From the NCBI GenBank assembly GCA_043228905.1, contig JBHGNT010000675.1, positions 1 through 17,953 on the forward strand: a DNA stretch of 17,953 bases, given 5' to 3'. This stretch comes from Azolla caroliniana (Eukaryota > Plantae > Polypodiophyta). The first letter of the stretch is position 1, and the number at the start of each line of letters is the position of its first letter. Positions 1-7,766 of the stretch are shown piece by piece. The notes below the pieces were generated by a model that saw nothing but the letters and a program-made list of their open reading frames with translations, did not search any database and was not told the origin of the DNA. The translations under genes were made by a program, and so were the position numbers.

Positions 1-156
1 AGGAGGACGAGCGCCGTTATCGCATGACCGGACGACAAGATGAGGAACAACGTCGTCGTTTCAAGGCCGGTGAGGAGGAACACTTCTAAGCGTGGCAACC
101 TCTCGCCTTCTCCAACAATGTGATCTTCGCCACGCGCTTGTATTCGCCACTTTTAA
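1..156 (+). CDS. 3' end of the preceding gene copy (partial), with two 1-bp deletions relative to intact copies
   Basis: Matches the last ~158 nt of the 345-aa ORF, with the homologous TAA at 154-156. It reads gaacacttc instead of gaacaacttc (~82) and cgccacg instead of cgcccacg (~130). Confidence 0.8.
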
Positions 157-961
157 AGAACGTACATAACTTTTTCAACTATACACTTTCTGAACATCGT
201 AAATGTAAATGGTGTGCTCTGTGTGGTGTCTTGACGTTCTCATAACCCTCTCAATCATATTTCTCCCACGCTCGCGCACAACATGCACGCACGCACGCAC
301 GATCAGGTCGCGTGCCCTCGCTCGCTCATTGCACAAGCAAAATGAAACTCCACGCACACATGATTAGGTAACGTGCCCACACGCACACTACCCACTCCCA
401 CCCTACCTATATCTATCTCTATCCATCTATCGCTATCTCTCTCACGAGCAACGCGAAACTCCGTCAAACGTCGATGCCATCACAATGTTGTATTGAAGCC
501 ACCCTCATACAATCGCCGTGTCTCGCCGTACCATGATGTGCGCAATAGTAGTGGCTGATCGTAACTCTCTACTACAAACATGATTCCACATGAAATTCCC
601 ATGTCTATCTACCATTTTCATCATCGTGTGAACCAACCAACCCACGCATGTTTCACCTAGAAATGTTGTCCTTGAATGGTGCCACCTTCATATTCCTCCG
701 GTGGTTGCAGCGTCCACAACGACGACGGATCTTGTAATCACAATGAAAACGCGTGTCGTCGTCCGTATGTTGGTCGCAATGGATTCTAAACCCCCTCGTG
801 GCCACAACCACCGATAACGTTTTCGTGGAGAGAACCAACACCCTAAAAACCTTTTCTCACCACCTTATCCTCGTTTTACGAGGCCCATACGCACTCTACA
901 ACCTCAATGGCATCACATGTGTAGGTGGCTATCATGAGGTTACATACTGTCTACGTTGCAA

Positions 962-980
962 TATGGACGAAGCGTCCATA
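962..980. other. Perfect 8-bp inverted repeat (hairpin) ~310 bp upstream of each ATG
   Basis: tatggacg-aag-cgtccata, flanked by a further tctac (950-954) / gtaga (986-990) pair. Confidence 0.7.
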
Positions 981-1081
981 GGTTAGTAGATTTGAAATGC
1001 CCAAGTGCATAATCCCACTCCTGGTGTGATGGAGGTGAGTATAGGGCTAGTGATATGGTAGGTCGAAGCAGGAGGATCCTG

Positions 1082-1216
1082 GACACGTAAAGGGGGGTGG
1101 ATAAAAGTGAATGGTCTCTTCCGTGGCCCAAGTATGGATCATGCCATTAACGTCTATAGGAATGGACGTGGGAAGGGACATGCATGTACTAGACATGCAT
1201 GGCCTTGTGTATATAA
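1082..1216 (+). promoter_or_regulatory. Seed/spore-maturation-type proximal promoter of copy 1: ABRE + ACGT box + 2x RY repeat + TATA
   Basis: TACGTGTC on the minus strand at 1082-1089, ACGTGG at 1166-1171, CATGCATG at 1179-1186 and 1194-1201, TATATAA at 1210-1216. A plausible initiator TCA lies at 1239-1241 and the ATG is at 1283. Confidence 0.8.
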
Positions 1217-1282
1217 GGGTGGATCAACCATGACACACTCAAATAGGCGGAGAGAGAACCGGGGTAGTTCCGAACACAAGCA

Positions 1283-2320
1283 ATGGCGAAGCTCACTATC
1301 ATATTCCTCATGGCGGTTATCATGCTAGCCGCCTGCGGCGCGGCCAATGCTAGATCTGTAGGACGGGATCGCGAAGAGGAGAGGCGCGATCGACGTAGGG
1401 AGGAGGATGTCGACGAGGAGAGGCGCAGCGGACGTCGTGAGGGATCCATCGATGAGGGGCGCTACAGAGACAACAAGAGAGAGTCGGATGAGGACCGGGA
1501 TCGTCGCAGTCACGATCGCGATGAGCCACGTGAGGAGAGGCGCGATCGACGCAGGGAGGAGGATTTCGATGAGGAGAGGCGCGGGGGACGTCGCGAGGGG
1601 TCCATCGAGGAGGGGCGCTACGGAGACAACAAGAGAGAGTCCGAAGAGGAACGGGATCGTCGCGGTCGCGATCGTGATGAGTCACGTGACGAGAGGCGCG
1701 ATCGACGCAGGGAGGAGGATGTCGAGCAGGAGAGGCGCGACCGACGTCGTGAAGGATCCCTCGATGAAGGACGTCGCAGAGACAACAAGAGAGAGTCCGA
1801 AGAGGAACGGGATCGTCGCGGCCGCGATCGCGATGAGCCACGAGACCGAGAGTTGAGGCAAGAGTGCCAAAACTTCGTCGATAGGCAGGTCCGCCACCTA
1901 CAAGAACGTAATGAGAAGGAAGAACGTGGACGAAGCCGTCGCACCTCTTGGGATGAAATCAGCCGATATGCAAGGCCCTCCGAAAGATGCTGCAGGAACG
2001 TGGAACAAATCCCCGTAGAAGAGCGTTGCAACCGCCTCCGCGAGGCCTTATACATTAGCGGAGAAGAGGCACGCAATGATGGTCACCGCCATAACCAAGT
2101 GTCAAGGGAACGTCGTCAATGGGAAGAGGATGCCGAGCGAGAGAGAGACAGTAGCGAGCGCGAGGAGGACGAGCGCCGTTATCGCATGACCGGACGACAA
2201 GATGAGGAACAACGTCGTCGTTTCAAGGCCGGTGAGGAGGAACAACTTCTAAGCGTGGCAACCTCTCGCCTTCTCCAACAATGTGATCTTCGCCCACGCG
2301 CTTGTATTCGCCACTTTTAA
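1283..2320 (+). CDS. Secreted Arg/Glu/Asp-rich prolamin-superfamily (2S albumin/alpha-globulin-like) storage protein precursor, 345 aa, copy 1
   Basis: Intronless ORF with plant start context gcaATGGC. Signal peptide MAKLTIIFLMAVIMLAACGAANA (probable cleavage ANA|RS). Cys at 195, 236-237, 249, 334 and 341 in motifs LRQECQNFVDRQ, RCCRNVEQIPVEERC and RLLQQCDLRPRAC. RY/ABRE/TATA elements upstream. Confidence 0.85.
   Translation: MAKLTIIFLMAVIMLAACGAANARSVGRDREEERRDRRREEDVDEERRSGRREGSIDEGRYRDNKRESDEDRDRRSHDRDEPREERRDRRREEDFDEERRGGRREGSIEEGRYGDNKRESEEERDRRGRDRDESRDERRDRRREEDVEQERRDRRREGSLDEGRRRDNKRESEEERDRRGRDRDEPRDRELRQECQNFVDRQVRHLQERNEKEERGRSRRTSWDEISRYARPSERCCRNVEQIPVEERCNRLREALYISGEEARNDGHRHNQVSRERRQWEEDAERERDSSEREEDERRYRMTGRQDEEQRRRFKAGEEEQLLSVATSRLLQQCDLRPRACIRHF
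1373..1840 (+). repeat. Intragenic 3 x 156-bp (52-aa) coding repeat, present in every gene copy
   Basis: The anchor caacaagagagagtc recurs at 1471, 1627 and 1783. Protein consensus is approximately xxERRDRRREEDxxxERRxxRREGSxxEGRxxDNKRESxExRDRRxxDRDEx. Confidence 0.97.
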
Positions 2321-2448
2321 AGAACGTACATAACTTTTTCAACTATACACTTTCTGAACATCGTAAATGTAAATGGTGTGCTCTGTGTGGTGTCTTGACG
2401 TTCTCATAACCCTCTCAATCATATTTCTCCCACGCTCGCGCACAACAT

Positions 2449-2465
2449 GCACGCACGCACGCACG
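2449..2465. repeat. (GCAC)n microsatellite in the spacer of every unit
   Basis: gcacgcacgcacgcacg. It is extended by a T>C variant in the spacers from 11066 onward. Confidence 0.8.
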
Positions 2466-2549
2466 ATCAGGTCGCGTGCCCTCGCTCGCTCATTGCACAA
2501 GCAAAATGAAACTCCACGCACACATGATTAGGTAACGTGCCCACACGCA

Positions 2550-2607
2550 CACTACCCACTCCCACCCTACCTATATCTATCTCTATCCATCTATCGCTAT
2601 CTCTCTC
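2550..2607. repeat. C-rich and degenerate (CTATCT)n low-complexity tract in the spacer of every unit
   Basis: cactacccactcccaccctacctatatctatctctatccatctatcgctatctctctc. Confidence 0.7.
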
Positions 2608-3242
2608 ACGAGCAACGCGAAACTCGTCAAACGTCGATGCCATCACAATGTTGTATTGAAGCCACCCTCATACAATGCCGTGTCTCGCCGTACCATGATG
2701 TGCGCAATAGTAGTGGCTGATCGTAACTCCTACTACAAACATGATTCCACATGAAATTCCCATGTCTATCTACCATTTTCATCATCGTGTGAACCAACCA
2801 ACCCACGCATGTTTCACCTAGAAATGTTGTCCTTGAATGGTGCCACCTTCATATTCCTCCGGTGGTTGCAGCGTCCACAACGACGACGGATCTTGTAATC
2901 ACAATGAAAACGCGTGTCGTCGTCCGTATGTTGGTCGCAATGGATTCTAAACCCCCTCGTGGCCACAACCACCGATAACGTTTTCGTGGAGAGAACCAAC
3001 ACCCTAAAAACCTTTTCTCACCACCTTATCCTCGTTTTACGAGGCCCATACGCACTCTACAACCTCAATGGCATCACATGTGTAGGTGGCTATCATGAGG
3101 TTACATACTGTCTACGTTGCAATATGGACGAAGCGTCCATAGGTTAGTAGATTTGAAATGCCCAAGTGCATAATCCCACTCCTGGTGTGATGGAGGTGAG
3201 TATAGGGCTAGTGATATGGTAGGTCGAAGCAGGAGGATCCTG

Positions 3243-3377
3243 GACACGTAAAGGGGGGTGGATAAAAGTGAATGGTCTCTTCCGTGGCCCAAGTATGGAT
3301 CATGCCATTAACGTCTATAGGAATGGACGTGGGAAGGGACATGCATGTACTAGACATGCATGGCCTTGTGTATATAA
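3243..3377 (+). promoter_or_regulatory. ABRE/RY/RY/TATA promoter, copy 2
   Basis: Same motifs and spacing as 1082-1216. Confidence 0.75.
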
Positions 3378-3443
3378 GGGTGGATCAACCATGACACACT
3401 CAAATAGGCGGAGAGAGAACCGGGGTAGTTCCGAACACAAGCA

Positions 3444-4481
3444 ATGGCGAAGCTCACTATCATATTCCTCATGGCGGTTATCATGCTAGCCGCCTGCGGC
3501 GCGGCCAATGCTAGATCTGTAGGACGGGATCGCGAAGAGGAGAGGCGCGATCGACGTAGGGAGGAGGATGTCGACGAGGAGAGGCGCAGCGGACGTCGTG
3601 AGGGATCCATCGATGAGGGGCGCTACAGAGACAACAAGAGAGAGTCGGATGAGGACCGGGATCGTCGCAGTCACGATCGCGATGAGCCACGTGAGGAGAG
3701 GCGCGATCGACGCAGGGAGGAGGATTTCGATGAGGAGAGGCGCGGGGGACGTCGCGAGGGGTCCATCGAGGAGGGGCGCTACGGAGACAACAAGAGAGAG
3801 TCCGAAGAGGAACGGGATCGTCGCGGTCGCGATCGTGATGAGTCACGTGACGAGAGGCGCGATCGACGCAGGGAGGAGGATGTCGAGCAGGAGAGGCGCG
3901 ACCGACGTCGTGAAGGATCCCTCGATGAAGGACGTCGCAGAGACAACAAGAGAGAGTCCGAAGAGGAACGGGATCGTCGCGGCCGCGATCGCGATGAGCC
4001 ACGAGACCGAGAGTTGAGGCAAGAGTGCCAAAACTTCGTCGATAGGCAGGTCCGCCACCTACAAGAACGTAATGAGAAGGAAGAACGTGGACGAAGCCGT
4101 CGCACCTCTTGGGATGAAATCAGCCGATATGCAAGGCCCTCCGAAAGATGCTGCAGGAACGTGGAACAAATCCCCGTAGAAGAGCGTTGCAACCGCCTCC
4201 GCGAGGCCTTATACATTAGCGGAGAAGAGGCACGCAATGATGGTCACCGCCATAACCAAGTGTCAAGGGAACGTCGTCAATGGGAAGAGGATGCCGAGCG
4301 AGAGAGAGACAGTAGCGAGCGCGAGGAGGACGAGCGCCGTTATCGCATGACCGGACGACAAGATGAGGAACAACGTCGTCGTTTCAAGGCCGGTGAGGAG
4401 GAACAACTTCTAAGCGTGGCAACCTCTCGCCTTCTCCAACAATGTGATCTTCGCCCACGCGCTTGTATTCGCCACTTTTAA
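3444..4481 (+). CDS. Arg/Glu/Asp-rich 2S albumin/prolamin-like storage protein precursor, copy 2
   Basis: Translation identical to copy 1. Confidence 0.85.
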   Translation: MAKLTIIFLMAVIMLAACGAANARSVGRDREEERRDRRREEDVDEERRSGRREGSIDEGRYRDNKRESDEDRDRRSHDRDEPREERRDRRREEDFDEERRGGRREGSIEEGRYGDNKRESEEERDRRGRDRDESRDERRDRRREEDVEQERRDRRREGSLDEGRRRDNKRESEEERDRRGRDRDEPRDRELRQECQNFVDRQVRHLQERNEKEERGRSRRTSWDEISRYARPSERCCRNVEQIPVEERCNRLREALYISGEEARNDGHRHNQVSRERRQWEEDAERERDSSEREEDERRYRMTGRQDEEQRRRFKAGEEEQLLSVATSRLLQQCDLRPRACIRHF

Positions 4482-5403
4482 AGAACGTACATAACTTTTT
4501 CAACTATACACTTTCTGAACATCGTAAATGTAAATGGTGTGCTCTGTGTGGTGTCTTGACGTTCTCATAACCCTCTCAATCATATTTCTCCCACGCTCGC
4601 GCACAACATGCACGCACGCACGCACGATCAGGTCGCGTGCCCTCGCTCGCTCATTGCACAAGCAAAATGAAACTCCACGCACACATGATTAGGTAACGTG
4701 CCCACACGCACACTACCCACTCCCACCCTACCTATATCTATCTCTATCCATCTATCGCTATCTCTCTCACGAGCAACGCGAAACTCGTCAAACGTCGATG
4801 CCATCACAATGTTGTATTGAAGCCACCCTCATACAATGCCGTGTCTCGCCGTACCATGATGTGCGCAATAGTAGTGGCTGATCGTAACTCCTACTACAAA
4901 CATGATTCCACATGAAATTCCCATGTCTATCTACCATTTTCATCATCGTGTGAACCAACCAACCCACGCATGTTTCACCTAGAAATGTTGTCCTTGAATG
5001 GTGCCACCTTCATATTCCTCCGGTGGTTGCAGCGTCCACAACGACGACGGATCTTGTAATCACAATGAAAACGCGTGTCGTCGTCCGTATGTTGGTCGCA
5101 ATGGATTCTAAACCCCCTCGTGGCCACAACCACCGATAACGTTTTCGTGGAGAGAACCAACACCCTAAAAACCTTTTCTCACCACCTTATCCTCGTTTTA
5201 CGAGGCCCATACGCACTCTACAACCTCAATGGCATCACATGTGTAGGTGGCTATCATGAGGTTACATACTGTCTACGTTGCAATATGGACGAAGCGTCCA
5301 TAGGTTAGTAGATTTGAAATGCCCAAGTGCATAATCCCACTCCTGGTGTGATGGAGGTGAGTATAGGGCTAGTGATATGGTAGGTCGAAGCAGGAGGATC
5401 CTG

Positions 5404-5538
5404 GACACGTAAAGGGGGGTGGATAAAAGTGAATGGTCTCTTCCGTGGCCCAGGTATGGATCATGCCATTAACGTCTATAGGAATGGACGTGGGAAGGGA
5501 CATGCATGTACTAGACATGCATGGCCTTGTGTATATAA
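5404..5538 (+). promoter_or_regulatory. ABRE/RY/RY/TATA promoter, copy 3
   Basis: Same motifs. Private A>G at 5453, outside the named motifs. Confidence 0.75.
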
Positions 5539-5604
5539 GGGTGGATCAACCATGACACACTCAAATAGGCGGAGAGAGAACCGGGGTAGTTCCGAACACA
5601 AGCA

Positions 5605-6642
5605 ATGGCGAAGCTCACTATCATATTCCTCATGGCGGTTATCATGCTAGCCGCCTGCGGCGCGGCCAATGCTAGATCTGTAGGACGGGATCGCGAAGAG
5701 GAGAGGCGCGATCGACGTAGGGAGGAGGATGTCGACGAGGAGAGGCGCAGCGGACGTCGTGAGGGATCCATCGATGAGGGGCGCTACAGAGACAACAAGA
5801 GAGAGTCGGATGAGGACCGGGATCGTCGCAGTCACGATCGCGATGAGCCACGTGAGGAGAGGCGCGATCGACGCAGGGAGGAGGATTTCGATGAGGAGAG
5901 GCGCGGGGGACGTCGCGAGGGGTCCATCGAGGAGGGGCGCTACGGAGACAACAAGAGAGAGTCCGAAGAGGAACGGGATCGTCGCGGTCGCGATCGTGAT
6001 GAGTCACGTGACGAGAGGCGCGATCGACGCAGGGAGGAGGATGTCGAGCAGGAGAGGCGCGACCGACGTCGTGAAGGATCCCTCGATGAAGGACGTCGCA
6101 GAGACAACAAGAGAGAGTCCGAAGAGGAACGGGATCGTCGCGGCCGCGATCGCGATGAGCCACGAGACCGAGAGTTGAGGCAAGAGTGCCAAAACTTCGT
6201 CGATAGGCAGGTCCGCCACCTACAAGAACGTAATGAGAAGGAAGAACGTGGACGAAGCCGTCGCACCTCTTGGGATGAAATCAGCCGATATGCAAGGCCC
6301 TCCGAAAGATGCTGCAGGAACGTGGAACAAATCCCCGTAGAAGAGCGTTGCAACCGCCTCCGCGAGGCCTTATACATTAGCGGAGAAGAGGCACGCAATG
6401 ATGGTCACCGCCATAACCAAGTGTCAAGGGAACGTCGTCAATGGGAAGAGGATGCCGAGCGAGAGAGAGACAGTAGCGAGCGCGAGGAGGACGAGCGCCG
6501 TTATCGCATGACCGGACGACAAGATGAGGAACAACGTCGTCGTTTCAAGGCCGGTGAGGAGGAACAACTTCTAAGCGTGGCAACCTCTCGCCTTCTCCAA
6601 CAATGTGATCTTCGCCCACGCGCTTGTATTCGCCACTTTTAA
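5605..6642 (+). CDS. Arg/Glu/Asp-rich 2S albumin/prolamin-like storage protein precursor, copy 3
   Basis: Translation identical to copy 1. Confidence 0.85.
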   Translation: MAKLTIIFLMAVIMLAACGAANARSVGRDREEERRDRRREEDVDEERRSGRREGSIDEGRYRDNKRESDEDRDRRSHDRDEPREERRDRRREEDFDEERRGGRREGSIEEGRYGDNKRESEEERDRRGRDRDESRDERRDRRREEDVEQERRDRRREGSLDEGRRRDNKRESEEERDRRGRDRDEPRDRELRQECQNFVDRQVRHLQERNEKEERGRSRRTSWDEISRYARPSERCCRNVEQIPVEERCNRLREALYISGEEARNDGHRHNQVSRERRQWEEDAERERDSSEREEDERRYRMTGRQDEEQRRRFKAGEEEQLLSVATSRLLQQCDLRPRACIRHF

Positions 6643-7565
6643 AGAACGTACATAACTTTTTCAACTATACACTTTCTGAACATCGTAAATGTAAATGGTG
6701 TGCTCTGTGTGGTGTCTTGACGTTCTCATAACCCTCTCAATCATATTTCTCCCACGCTCGCGCACAACATGCACGCACGCACGCACGATCAGGTCGCGTG
6801 CCCTCGCTCGCTCATTGCACAAGCAAAATGAAACTCCACGCACACATGATTAGGTAACGTGCCCACACGCACACTACCCACTCCCACCCTACCTATATCT
6901 ATCTCTATCCATCTATCGCTATCTCTCTCACGAGCAACGCGAAACTCGTCAAACGTCGATGCCATCACAATGTTGTATTGAAGCCACCCTCATACAATGC
7001 CGTGTCTCGCCGTACCATGATGTGCGCAATAGTAGTGGCTGATCGTAACTCCTACTACAAACATGATTCCACATGAAATTCCCATGTCTATCTACCATTT
7101 TCATCATCGTGTGAACCAACCAACCCACGCATGTTTCACCTAGAAATGTTGTCCTTGAATGGTGCCACCTTCATATTCCTCCGGTGGTTGCAGCGTCCCA
7201 CAACGACGACGGATCTTGTAATCACAATGAAAACGCGTGTCGTCGTCCGTATGTTGGTCGCAATGGATTCTAAACCCCCTCGTGGCCACAACCACCGATA
7301 ACGTTTTCGTGGAGAGAACCAACACCCTAAAAACCTTTTCTCACCACCTTATCCTCGTTTTACGAGGCCCATACGCACTCTACAACCTCAATGGCATCAC
7401 ATGTGTAGGTGGCTATCATGAGGTTACATACTGTCTACGTTGCAATATGGACGAAGCGTCCATAGGTTAGTAGATTTGAAATGCCCAAGTGCATAATCCC
7501 ACTCCTGGTGTGATGGAGGTGAGTATAGGGCTAGTGATATGGTAGGTCGAAGCAGGAGGATCCTG

Positions 7566-7700
7566 GACACGTAAAGGGGGGTGGATAAAAGTGAATGGTC
7601 TCTTCCGTGGCCCAAGTATGGATCATGCCATTAACGTCTATAGGAATGGACGTGGGAAGGGACATGCATGTACTAGACATGCATGGCCTTGTGTATATAA
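7566..7700 (+). promoter_or_regulatory. ABRE/RY/RY/TATA promoter, copy 4
   Basis: Same motifs and spacing as 1082-1216. Confidence 0.75.
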
Positions 7701-7766
7701 GGGTGGATCAACCATGACACACTCAAATAGGCGGAGAGAGAACCGGGGTAGTTCCGAACACAAGCA

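Noticed and set aside
60-570. Five private 1-bp indels at the left edge (~82, ~130, ~461, ~514, ~568) as a second pseudogene
   Set aside because: Clustered single-base indels without substitutions look like low-coverage consensus error. This cannot be supported without reads.
836-888. Telo-box / site II module (accctaaa, ggccca)
   Set aside because: Not a full AAACCCTA match, far from the TSS, and such short motifs are expected by chance.
950-1051. Helitron 3' end (hairpin + CTRR) as the driver of tandem amplification
   Set aside because: The clean hairpin (962-980) is not followed by CTRR at the usual ~10-nt distance, and the CTAG at 1047-1050 has only a poor stem upstream.
175-1131. Short spacer ORFs (60-79 aa)
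   Set aside because: No recognisable motifs, several use non-ATG starts, and they are freely changed by spacer indels.
1230-1328. Upstream out-of-frame ATG (1230) as a regulatory uORF
   Set aside because: It is only ~14 bp after the TATA box, so probably upstream of the transcription start (~1241).
1373-1840. Nuclear SR/U1-70K-like splicing factor, protamine or trichohyalin-like protein
   Set aside because: The similarity is compositional only. There is a signal peptide, an albumin-type Cys skeleton and no RRM.
1189-2076. Overlapping minus-strand and alternative-frame ORFs (62-163 aa), repeated in every unit
   Set aside because: These are shadows of a GC-rich, low-complexity repetitive CDS. 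They have no recognisable domains or promoter, and their recurrence only reflects array identity.
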